The notes under the pieces were generated by a model. It had not been told where the DNA came from. It did not search any database and saw only the letters and a list, made by a program, of their open reading frames with translations. 59,036 nt of DNA, taken from Macrostomum lignano (taxonomy: Eukaryota). Location of the stretch: contig NIVC01004125.1 of assembly GCA_002269645.1 (NCBI GenBank), positions 1 to 59,036 of the forward strand, read 5' to 3'. The position numbers and the translations under genes were made by a program. Shown piece after piece: positions 1-12,000 of this stretch. Each line of letters opens with the position of its first letter. Position 1 is the stretch's first letter.

Positions 1-348
1 GCAATATTTAGAGACCTTGGCAACATCTAGAGACCCTAAAAGCGTCTAGAGACCCTGGGCAATATCTAAAGACACTAGAAATATCTAGAGACCCTGGCAA
101 CATCTAGAGACCCTGTAACATCTAAAGACCCTAGAGATATCTGGAGACCCTGACAACATCTAGAGAAATATCTAGAGACCCTGGCATTCTTCTAGGGACA
201 CTGACAACATCTGGAGACCCTGAAAATGTCTAGAGCCCCTGACATCTAGAGACCCTGACATCTAGAGACCCTGACATCTAGAGACCCTGACATCTAGAGA
301 CCCTGACATCTAGAGACCCTGACATCTAGAGACCCGGCAACATCTAGG
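1..348. repeat. Degenerate-to-perfect 16-bp minisatellite (GACATCTAGAGACCCT)n
   Basis: About 6 perfect 16-bp units at 241-340; degenerate 16-19 bp units sharing ATCTAGAGACCCT from position 1 (array probably continues left of the window). Confidence 0.9.
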
Positions 349-1507
349 AGCGTACTTGATTCAATAATCCACTGCCTTACCATTAACCCGGATTTTGTCC
401 GTTCTCTCCCCACCCCAGTCGAGCACAGTTCTTTCGAACTCCGCATTTTGCCTCTTCACTTGATGGCGAGAGGGCCGCGGTTAGCTCAAATACGAAGGCT
501 GTTGAGTGTCGAGAGACAAAGAGAGGCACTCGACATCAAATTATCGAATCGGACAGGGGATGCTGAGTTTACTGGTAGCCGAAGGTAGTGAAGCGAAAGA
601 GCACATCGATTGCCTGATGAGTTCCTAGTATACAGGACTGCGTAGCATGATGAAGCTGCTTCCCAGCCTCCCTGCAGTTGGGTCCGCCCGACTACCAAAG
701 CATGCGGGTGTTCTGTTGCAGCCTTGCAGCCGCTACGGTCTCTCCCCAACATGGACTTGCAGACTACAGAAGAAGCACTGGATATCTTCTGCAGCATGGT
801 AGAAAAAAGATGCTGTTTCTGGTACTTAATGCGATGTAGCATTTGTCAGCACTCAGTGTGACAAGCTTGTGAGTTAATCTCGCATCATATGCGCTGAGCA
901 GTCCATGGAATTCTGTCCTGCATCCAGAGATTCTGGACCAGTTGCGAGACGTGCTACAAGCGTCGTCAAAGCGTCATTATTTTAATTATCGTGACTCCAA
1001 GCCACTCAAGGATTCATGGGAGTAGTAGCGAGGGCGAGCTCTCAAAAGTTAATTCTCATTATAAGAAGCTACAGTGCGCAGGGCGGGGGGTCAAGGAGGC
1101 TCGGGCGGGGATGACTTCGTGTTCCTGGACTCCTCTGTGCTTGGGGCCTCCTGTAGCAAAAGCAGGCAGTTGCGAGATGGAGCTAAGAGGAAGCTGACGG
1201 GACTGCTCAAGGAAATTGCGAGTAGGGGGGGGAGAGTCTGCATGTCCGCGGAAGAGAGGAGGAGCCAAGAACTGAGCTGGGATTGAGGCTCCCGGAAATG
1301 GATAATCTGCCCAACGTAAACTGCAGCTTAATTAGCGGGGGCGAAGTCGAGCTCGCCTCGGCGGCTGTTAATTCGGTTTCTGGGCCCCCAGCCAGCCGTA
1401 CGATGGGGCGGCTGGTGCACGACTGCGAGGCTGGGGCCGCAGCTGGTCCGATTCAATTCTGTCGGGTGGCCAGGCTGAAGTAAGTGGCCGTGCGGCTCGG
1501 CAACTAA

Positions 1508-2025
<518 letters not shown>

Positions 2026-3221
2026 CTAGTGGCACCTTATCAGACTAATAGTAAAGCGCACCTGTTGCAATAGTCTCCAATTGTCCAGCAAGCAATGAAT
2101 TCCCACTCGAAAAGTGTTAGACTCGCAGGGAGGAACAGAAAAGCGTAAAACAAACAGCTGTTTCTGGTGTTGGCCCGCCAAAGCAACAGCAGTTTGTGTC
2201 CTTGCCGCATTTTTACCAGTTTTCTTCTACACAGATTATTTGCCCCTGTTTCCTGCCCCTCCCACAAAAATAACTATTAGCCGACAAGGACGCCGCCTCG
2301 GGCTGCAGGAGGCCAAATTGGCAGGCCGGGGACTGATGGAAGACACGAGACACTTGAAGGACTTGCAGGACCCGACAAAGCGGCACTGCGGCCGCGCGGC
2401 GGCTGCAATCGCTCTGCGGCCTCCGCACTTGGCTGTGGGGAGAGGGTGGGGTCTCCACCCAGTGCAGCCGAAGGTGCTAAAGATGCGGCAACTATGTGAG
2501 GGAGCGCGCCTCCGGGAACCGCTGCCCGGTGGTTCAGACCCGAAGGAATGCTAAAATTTTACCGCTGATTTCTTCCTTTCTCCCCCTGCCTCCCTCAAAA
2601 CGCGCCGCTCCCGTTTCCGCCATTCATCCAAGCAGCCTCAGTTTTTTTGGAAACTTTTAGACTGATGGACCGCTTTAGACTGAAGGGGGATCTGCTCCCC
2701 TTTCTGCTGATTCCCGACAGGCCCCGAGGGGCTGGAGAGAACTGACCCCCCCCTTGGTCCTAGGGCCTGCCAGCAGAGTGCAGGCCGGCTAAAAGGTCAC
2801 AGCGGGTGGCTAGTGGCCGGGTTCCCCCTACCCTTACGCGCATTTGTAGGAAACTTTCGATGAAGAAATATCTCGTCGCCGCGTCGCCCCTTGACCGTCA
2901 AGAAAGTGGCGGCTTGCGCTGCAGACTGACGGAAAAGAGGCTGGGGCCGAAGCGTCACGGAAGTCAGCCAGCGTCGCCTCTGACCGCCTGCGTCAACACT
3001 GGCCTGCGGGCGCGTCTGGTGCTTCTCCGCGCGCCATTATCGCAATTTCGGCCAGCTATAAACAATTCAAGCTTTGACGCAGCCGCTCTCAGACCCCACC
3101 TGCGGCCCACGGGCCTTGACTGGCAAGTGTCGGACGGGCTTCAGACTGAGTGGCAGTTTCCCTCCCCCTTGCTTCTGTCCGTCCATCCATCCACCAATGC
3201 GTCTGAGCTGCGTTGCAGCGT

Positions 3222-3730
3222 CGCTGTGGTGTCACTGTGGTGTCACTGACTTTCACTGTGGTGTCACTGTAGTGTCACTGTGGTGTCACTGTGGTGTCAC
3301 TGTGGTGTCACTGTGGTGTCACTGTGGTGTCACTGTGGTGTCACTGTGGTGTCACTGTGGTGTCACTGACTTTCACTGTGGTGTCACTGTAGTGTCACTG
3401 TGGTGTCACTGTGGTGTCACTGTGGTGTCACTGTGGTGTCACTGTGGTGGCTCGGTAGCGTCACTGTGGTGTCACTGTGGTGTCACTGTGGTGTCACTGT
3501 GGTGTCACTGTGGTGGCTCGGTAGCGTCACTGTGGTGTCACTGTAGTGTTACTGTAATGTCACTGTGGTGTCACTGTAATGTCACTGTAATGTCACTGTG
3601 GTGTCACTGTAATGTCACTGTAATGTCACTGTGGTGTCACTGTAGTGTTACTGTAATGTCACTGTGGTGTCACTGTAATGTCACTGTAATGTCACTGTGG
3701 TGTCACTGTAGTGCCACTGTAGTGTCACTT
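3222..3730. repeat. 11-bp minisatellite (TGTGGTGTCAC)n
   Basis: Tandem TGTGGTGTCAC units with TGTAATGTCAC/TGTAGTGTCAC variants toward the right end. Confidence 0.95.
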
Positions 3731-3748
3731 CAGTACCATTTAAGTTCC

Positions 3749-4218
3749 ACTGACTCCTCTGTGACCCCACTGACTCCTCTGTGACCCCACTGACTCCTCT
3801 GTGACCCCACTGACTCCTCTGTGACCCCACTGACTCCTCTGTGACCCCACTGACTCCTCTGTGACCCCACTGACTCCTCTGTGACCCCACTGACTCCTCT
3901 GTGACCCCACTGACTCCTCTGTGACCCCACTGACTCCTCTGTGACCCCACTGACTCCTCTGTGACCCCACTGACTCCTCTGTGACCCCACTGACTCCTCT
4001 GTGACCCCACTGACTCCTCTGTGACCCCACTGACTCCTCTGTGACCCCACTGACTCCTCTGTGACCCCACTGACTCCTCTGTGACCCCACTGACTCCTCT
4101 GTGACCCCACTGACTCCTCTGTGACCCCACTGACTCCTCTGTGACCCCACTGACTCCTCTGTGACCCCACTGACTCCTCTGTGACCCCACTGACTATTCT
4201 GTGACCCAACTGACTCCC
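3749..4218. repeat. 20-bp minisatellite (GTGACCCCACTGACTCCTCT)n, ~23 copies
   Basis: Near-perfect 20-bp units; only the last is degenerate. Confidence 0.97.
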
Positions 4219-5063
4219 CCAGGAATCTTCACACGAAGTTTCCACAGCATTTCGATTCATTTCCGTATAAGACTGTCAAAATTCGCAGTGCAACTCGCGG
4301 CTTGGCGTCAGGCGGTTTTGCCTGTCACGATCGGGCCCAGACTTGCCGTTTCGTCTCGTGAAAATCGAGAATGGCTCACCGGAGACTTGCGCCAAATCGT
4401 GGAAAGAAAATAAATTAAAGTTGGCACTTATTCTGGTTCGCAAGTTCCGGCTGCCAGATCTCTGGAGCAGATATTATATTAACTGCTGAGCACTGAGCAT
4501 TCCGAGGCCAGCATTAATATTGCCCCGTCCTCGTATTATTTCGCCATTTCTCACGGTAGGAAATGACCGTTTTGTTGCCGCCCAGTCAGCCGTTTCGCTG
4601 AGTGGCCTACCCGCTATTTTCCTCTCGTATGGAAGATATGGAAGCTCAATTCCCTCCCCTGCTCCCGTCCTTCCTGAGCTCCCCATTGAGAAATCTTCGC
4701 CCTCTCCTACGCAGCAATCTTGCTTCGATCTAAATCTTGTCGTGACCTGTCAATAGCATCGCCGCCTTTGCGACGGATGGCCTTCTCTAATCCTGTCAAC
4801 TGGTGTGGAGCAGACCTGATTGACAGCTTCAAATGGGAATTCTCTTATTTTTTAGCAAAATTAATAACTGGCCTGCGGTGAACGGACGGTAGCAAAGCAA
4901 TGCAGAGATGGGATAGTGCGCCCAGTCAATCAAAGGCAGAGAAAGGCCGCCCGCACGTTCGCGTTAATGTCTGGTCCAGGGCATCCAATTACTCCGAGGC
5001 ATTTAACTTCATCATTAACACCTTCAATACAATGCGTCTGCCGACCTGAAGCTCGTAAATTAT

Positions 5064-5328
5064 TAGTTGCAACCGACAGTTCAGCCGCAGCTATTGCGCG
5101 GCGCATCTGAAGGTTTCGTACGGCTGTTCAGTCCAAGGACTGGGGGGTCGCCACACACACCCTCAATTTCCCCAGCTAATGCTGGCACAAATGTACAGCT
5201 GGGTGAACTGAAGCAATGCAGAGTTAAGCGTCTTGCTCAAGGACACAAATCGTTCCAGTGGGATCGGGAATCGAACCCCCGACCTTTCAGGTCATGAGTC
5301 GGACGCAATCAACCACGATCCGTACAAT
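5064..5328 (-). mobile_element. tRNA-derived SINE family A (CORE-like central domain)
   Basis: Minus strand has a tRNA-like head with B-box GGTTCGATTCC, then GTGTCCTTGAGCAAGAC...CACCCAGCTGTA. Near-identical copies at 23494-23755 and 36410-36677. The similarity to the CORE-SINE domain is recalled, not searched. Confidence 0.85.
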
Positions 5329-6645
5329 GAAGTTAAGCATAACTGGTTACAGTTAGTATGCATCCCGCATTGCAGCCACGTTTAACAATAGAGAAAGTCA
5401 AGCTGATCTCTAGTGAGCACAGTTAATGATGATGTGAGCACAGATATAAGCTGGCCACTTAGCAGGGATTCAGACTATTACATCTTCTATTTATACGATG
5501 AAGTATCTTATTTAAATCCATTTGACTATGGAAGAAGCATTTACTTAATCGAGTGTGGTCGCCTCCAGTCCCTAGGTTAGATTGTCCTTAGTGCTCCTTA
5601 TTTCAAAAAACTCTATCATTCTATATACCTTCCTGTCCCCTCTTTTCTACCTCCGTTCCCGACGTCTATCTTTTAAAGGGGATGTTTATCCCCCCTTAGA
5701 ACGCTGTCTAGCCAGTCCCTCTGTTTGGTCTCTGCATATCTTGAGCAATCCCAACTTTGGCTGCGCAACCGGAAGCTGCTTATTTTTAAAGCTTATCATA
5801 AATTTTGGCACATTGTCAGACACAGGATGGCGTTGCAGTCACGCCATCAGCCTCGGTCACGCAATTTATTGTGCTGAGAGCTGCGAAACGGCTAAACGAA
5901 TCAAGGGTGGCATTGCGTCTCGCTGAATTTCAATAGACAGACGCGTGCCCAAGCTCCATGCTGTATAAGGCATGTCTGGCAGTCTAATCCGTGTATAACA
6001 ATGCTAACTTGGCTGGGAGCAGGCGGTGCAAAAGATTGGCACAAAAATCGCAGCTTTTTCATCAGACTCTCGGGAATTCGCTGCCAGCGAGCCAGGCAGT
6101 CGAAATCGTGAAAATGCCAGCCTCTCTCTCTGGCCTCCACAGAGAAAATCGCTGTTAAATTATTAATCGATGGCTGCTTAAATTGGCACTGGTTTCATGA
6201 CGCTGCTGTCTGCATCGCATTCGAGCTGACTTTGCTTGCTCGCATGCGTCTGGCGACAGGTGCTGGCGTCAATAATTCAGCAATTCTCCCAGACAGTTCA
6301 GGCAATCCGAAGATCTCCCAGGCAGCAGGCGTCCGGGATTCGATTTTTCGTGCCCACTTGCTGCGCTCATGTTTTATTAATTAAGCGCTAGAGAAAAAAC
6401 ACTCAAAGACAGATATGAAGTTGAGAAAGAAAATGCTGCTTTGCATGCTGTCTCGAGTGTGGGGAAGAACTCGCGCTGTCTCCTTCGGTTTTCAGCTTCC
6501 CAACGGGAACAAGACTTAAAGCATTACTCGCTGCTCTTCCCTATTTGAAGGATTCTCACGACTAAAGTTTTTTGTCTAATGGAAAAAAATGTCGGTCTCA
6601 TTTTTGGTGCAACCTAGTATATTGCCTATCAAAATCCGTCTACAG

Positions 6646-9600
6646 TCCGCACAGAGGCCATCGAGCTCGCAAGTTGCAGCGAGACCGAGTTCAACTTCGA
6701 GTTGGACACGTGCATCAACCGCCTGGGCCCGAGCACACGGAGTCACGTGTTTAACTACTCATTCGAGTCCAAGACCTCCGGTCTGGTGTCCGTGCTGCAG
6801 CTCAGCCTGCAGATGCCTGCACAGTTGGTTACCATCTGCTCGTGAGTGGTACAGGTGTTCTAGGGGTACAGGAGGGTTGTTAGTAAGATTGGTTTGAATA
6901 TTTATAGGACTGTCACGCACTAAAATCCACTTGCAGCAACCTGCGAGTCTACAAAGACTGTCAGGACGCGGCGGTGCGCAGGTTCCAGTCCAGCTGGTCT
7001 CGCTGCAGCTGGTGGCGGGCCAAGCAGGAGGAGTACTTTTACCGCTTTGACGGCTTTTTCAATGGCGTATGCGAGACAAGTGCGTACTGGAATAATATTC
7101 TGTTGTACTTGTATTCTCAGCGTTCTGAGCTGAATGCGGTTCCACGTTGCTCAAACATCTCAAATCGCTTTGATCGACAAATACGCTTTATGATTTCTCT
7201 TCCTTCAATGAGCAATGCTTTAGCCCTGTTGTTCACCTATAGAGGGTTGTCGTGTCAGCCTTGGCCTCAGCAGCTCCCCCGACAAGCAGCTCTCCTCAGT
7301 TCGCACTTTCTACTTCTCCAGACTACAGCAGCTACGCCCACTGCATCAGCAAGCAGCTGGACAGCTACCTGGCCCGGCGCTGCAACCTGATGTTCTCAGT
7401 GCGCAACCGGCTCATGGTCTCTGACGAGTGCGGGCTCAGCAACGAGTACCTCGGCTGTCTAAATGCTCTGGTTGCCACCGGCTGCGTCGGGCGCGTCGCC
7501 GAGTTGCGATTTCAAGACGTGGCTCCGTACCTGCTTGGCTCGGCGGCCTGCCGGGATCGATACGACTTTGCCAGGCCTGCGTTCGGTGAGTAAACTACGA
7601 AGACCAAAGGCGTGCAGTAGTTTCTAGGGAATAAAAAACTTTAAAAGAGCTTTATAAAAAAACCAAGAAACGCAGACACAAGATCGCGATTTGTCTAGAT
7701 CTAAATATGTTCGGGTCACGGATGTTAGTCCTAGCCTGCTTTGGCTATCAGTGCCCCAGTGCACCCGTCTCTGCCCCAGTGTGCCCTATAACTGTACCTG
7801 TCAAAAGCACTTTACAATCTGTTTAGCGAAATCCTCTCCTCCCTCCGCCTGGCCGTGATTTTCCAGCCTTCGCCTACGACAATCCGACGTGCGTGCCGCG
7901 CTTTCAAGAGATGCTGCAGAAAATTCGTGACGACTTTCTTAACGCCGTCGGAGATCCGTTCGTGCGGGGTCCCTACCCCTACCCGGTTCTGATGAGCGGC
8001 TCCAGCCAAATTCTGCGGAACAAAATTTGTCCGTAAGGATTATTTTCCTCTGTGCTCTGCGTTGACGCGTCCGCGATGGCGGGACACTCGGGGAGTTGGA
8101 GCTTCTCACATCGACGCCCCATTTTGCTTCCTCATTCCGGCATCCAGTCTCCTACTTCGTATTTGTAAATTATTAATCAGCCTCATTCACTCACTGGATT
8201 CCAGTTTCTGTCGCAGCTACTCCCGCAGTGTTAGACGCGCATTTCGCAGGGATCCAGAGCTCAGGGCTAGAAAAAAATTAAGCTGTTCAATGCAGCAGAC
8301 AGACGGTTCTTAGCACCTCAGCGTTCTTACTCTTTGTCCCTATAGTCATAAAAATTTCAATTATGGAAATAAAAGCTGCATCTTCGAGCTATCTGATACA
8401 TCTACATCCGCACCTGCATCCGCATTCACATTCACACCCGCATCCGCATCCGCATCCGCATCCGCATCCACATCCGCATCCACATCCGCATCCACATCCG
8501 CATCCACATCCACATTCACATCCGCATCTGCATCCGCATCCACATCCGCATCCACATCCACATTCACATCCACATTCACATCCACATTCACATCCGCATC
8601 TGCATCCGCATCCACATCCGCATCTGCATCCGCATCCACATCCGCATCCACATCCACATTCACATCCACATTCACATCCACATTCACATCCGCATCTGCA
8701 TCCGCATCCACATCCGCATCCACATCCACACCCACATCCACATCCACATCCACATCCACATCCGCATCCACATCCACATCCACATCCACATCCACATCCG
8801 CATCCGCAATCGCATCCTCAAACATCTTGGAGAATGGAGGCATGCAGTCTCCGCAAAAAATTCCTCTGGAAGATTCGCGATCCTATTTTCATTTTTTCAT
8901 TCGCACCATTGACTCTGACGAACCTCTCCAACAGTGCACTGCAGAGATACGAGAGCCGGTCAACCGAAGTGAAGAGCCGATGCCAGCACGGCTACAATTT
9001 GATTCGGGCCACGTTTGACTGGAGACTTCTCACCAATCAGCTGGAGTTCATCTGTGACAATATCGACAGTGAGTCAGTCAACTTGTTTGGTTTCCACTCA
9101 ACACTTAATGCGTAATTTCAAGTATCTATGTATCGCTGGTACGCTCCTATATGAAAGTTCATTTGAGAGACCAGTTTTTCTTAAAAGTACGTTAGCCAAA
9201 TGAGAATTTTTTGTTCTTTGTCACTTAGTCGACGAGTTTCCACCTTCTAGACTTCCGATACGAGCTGTACATGCATTGGGGGCAGAGCAGCTCAGAGGTA
9301 AACACGTCTGATTCTCGTTTCACGACCCCTGGTTCGATTCCGTTCGCAGCTCGTAGTAACATTAATTCTCGGCTTCTGCGCGAAACATTGCCGTAGTTGT
9401 CGTGCGATTCACACTCACGAGGGCCAACCTGCAATGCACAGAGAATTTACATGCCTGAAGATTAGCACGAGTCGTGACTGCGTGCCTGCGTACGGTATCC
9501 GCGCGCTTGTGTGTACTCAGGAGCGAGCGGAACGGAGTTAGAATTGTCTCACCGCTATTCGTTGCGCCCACATTCACAGAAAGAAGAACAAAATACGAGT

Positions 9601-9856
9601 TGCTGTTGTCTCTTTCTGCTAACTGACCAATATGGCCACATATTTTGAAAAACAATATCAAAGCAAAAACTGGACTCTTATATTGTTCCGTCTTCTAACT
9701 GGCTCGTACTAGAGGTTCTCGTCCTTAACTACTAGCTAGAAAATTATAAATGCACATGCAGATGCGCATTTCGTAATAGAAGAGAAAGTTATCCAGTGCA
9801 GGCGACACGTTGAGGACGGAAGAACTAAATGCTTATGAAAAAACAGCTCAGACAAG

Positions 9857-9891
<35 letters not shown>

Positions 9892-11587
9892 CCTGAGTGA
9901 GCGGTGAGGCCCTGAGACCGAGCGCACCCGACAAGTCCCCAGAGTCGGTGGCGGCGCTCAAGGACTCCGCGAAGAATAAATAGAAAACCAGTCCAGGGAG
10001 CGGACGCGTGCATTTGGAGCTGGAGAAGGTTGGGGCGGCGGCCCATTTAGGATTAAGCGGGATTGGCAAACTTGCGAGCTGGGAGATCCTAGGGAGGAGG
10101 GGGGTGCAGGCAGATGAAGCCGATAGGGGAAGCTGAGTCTCATGCCGAATTCTCTGATTAATATTGCATTTTGCCTCTCCCGATGGCCGAGTCGCTGCAG
10201 TTCATCTCTGTCTCTATCTCGTCCGTCTTTTCTCTTTAAATTGTGCACTCAAAAATGGCCGAAATTGGCTTCCCATTTCGGCGCGGGGCCTGTCAGATTG
10301 CGGTCTCTGCGCCGCGGGAAATGGCCGAGCCCTTGGGATGATCAAATAGATAAAACTATTTGCCTGTTAAGCAGGAGTCCTTCCCGCCCGTTACACCATA
10401 GAAAATTTTGGAGCTGTAAAACAATGACGTTTAGCTGCTTAGCTCATTGCGCATCAGCGCATGAGTTCGATGCTCAAAACAAATTGTTTCACGAATGAGG
10501 CGTAGTTCACTATAGTAGTCTCATCCATCTTAATGAGATCTCACATCCATATCATACAACGAAATTTTGTCGATCTGATTTTGATTTGATCTGATTTTGT
10601 CGACTCATTGGGATTTTTCCAGTCTCATTGGAAAGGAACCTCACTGACTCATTGGGATTTTTCCAGTCTCATTGAAAATGAATCTCACTGACTCATTGGG
10701 ATTTTTAAAAATCTCATTGGGAATATCATTGACTTATTGGGATTTTTTATAATCGCACTGATGATCTCACAAATCCAATTGGATCTCAAACCGATGCTGA
10801 CGTCCTGATGGAGAACTTAGCAATCCTATAATTGAGAATCTAACTTGTGATTTCATGATCTTTTTAAGGTAACGTACTGACTTATTCACAGATCTCGACT
10901 CTAGTATAGACCTGTAGGGCCACCTCTCGCCTTTAGCTTAGTAATAATGCGAATAGCCAGTCTACCCAACCCAGCTGTCAATCACAGCTTGATAAACACT
11001 GGCAAACCGCAGGCTACTCATCCGGGCTGCCCTGCATGCGCGCCGCCAGCCTGCGCAGCTGCGAGCACCACACGGACAAGGTGAACCGTCTGCTGTTCAA
11101 CCACTGGCAGATTCGCTGCACAGACTACTTAAAGCAGAGTCGGGCGGCCCTGTGCAAAGAATGGGAGGCGACAATTCGGTGCCTGTCAGCCGCAATGGCC
11201 AGGCAGTGCGGCAAGACAGCCGGCCAGCAGTTTGGCGTGCTGGTTGCCATGCAGAACTCGGAGCGGCGATACGAAATCAGCTGCTCGGGCGACTACCAGC
11301 CTCTGAACTTCACTGTGAGCTATTTTGTTGATAAGTACCTGGCGCCGGGGCAGCTGGATGTGCAGCAGCAGGAGCGGCGGCAACAGCAGCAGCAGCCGCT
11401 GTACCCCATGCTGAACGATGCAGCTGAGCTTGACGCAGACAAGCAGCAGCGCCAGCAGCAGCAGCAGCAACCTCGCCAGCTGGACGGCGAGACTGGCCGA
11501 GCCAGAACGAGCCACTGCTCCTTGCCGGCAGCGGTTATCATCACCTCTGCAATTTCCTTAGCTGCGACGAGCTGGCGTCAATCTTGA
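6646..11587 (+). CDS. Cys-rich, probably secreted/GPI-anchored protein with repeated helical Cys domains (DUF19/T20D4.11-like, tentative); 5' end not found
   Basis: Phase-compatible GT-AG exons: 6646-6841, 6965-7079 (needs a 1-nt indel), 7322-7585, 7867-8032, 8935-9068, 11013-11587 (stop). Regularly spaced Cys (e.g. [37 protein letters not shown]), a poly-Q linker and a hydrophobic C-terminal tail ([19 protein letters not shown]). Family assignment is by pattern only. Confidence 0.7.
8392..8815. repeat. Hexamer repeat (CATCCG/CATCCA/CATTCA)n, intronic
   Basis: Direct reading. Lies between exons 7867-8032 and 8935-9068 and produces the spurious poly-HP and poly-DV/DA ORFs. Confidence 0.95.
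9278..9430 (+). mobile_element. Diverged tRNA-derived SINE fragment, possibly related to family B
   Basis: A-box-like CAGCTCAGAGG, B-box GGTTCGATTCC, then ATTAATTCTCGGCTT resembling the ATTAATTT...TCTCGGCTT of family B copies. Confidence 0.5.
10602..10782. repeat. Dispersed repeat with 44-bp subunits (GACTCATTGGGATTTTTCCAGTCTCATTGGAAAGGAATCTCACT), copy 1
   Basis: About 2 units, then a tail ending TATAATCGCACTGATGATCTCACAAATCCA that is shared with 11743-12000. Confidence 0.85.
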
Positions 11588-11742
11588 CTGACAGAGCGCG
11601 TCTCCCAGACCACTGCTTTCAAAGTGTCTGCTGGCTTTGGGTGTCGCTTTTGATTAGGAGGCATTGTCCTGTACGAAATGAGTCCTGACCAATCACCGTT
11701 GGTTCTTGACCATTTTAGAGCAGGCGTTCTTAATTTATTGCA

Positions 11743-12000
11743 TTGGGATTTTTCCAGTCTCATTGGAAAGGAATCTCACTGACTCATTGGGATTTTTCCA
11801 GTCTCATTGGAAAGGAACCTCACTGACTCATTGGGATTTTTCCAGTCTCATTGGAAAGAAATCTCACTGACTCATTGGGATTTTTCCAGTCTCATTGGAA
11901 AGGAATCTCACTGACTCTTTGGGATTTTTTAAATCTCATTGGGAATCTCATTGACTTATTGGGATTTTTTATAATCGCACTGATGATCTCACAAATCCAT
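11743..12000. repeat. Dispersed repeat with 44-bp subunits, copy 2
   Basis: About 4 units plus the same tail as copy 1, in direct orientation. Confidence 0.85.

Noticed and set aside
611-647. Hammerhead-like string TGC-CTGATGA-GTTCCT...AGGAC-TGCG-TA-GCA
   Set aside because: It has CUGAUGA, a stem II-like hairpin and stem I-like complementarity, but the essential GAAA is absent. It is treated as chance or a dead remnant.
8361-9115. His-Pro-rich and Asp-Val/Ala-rich ORFs
   Set aside because: Intronic hexamer repeat. Only 8935-9068 of the plus ORF is a real exon, bounded by AG/GT.
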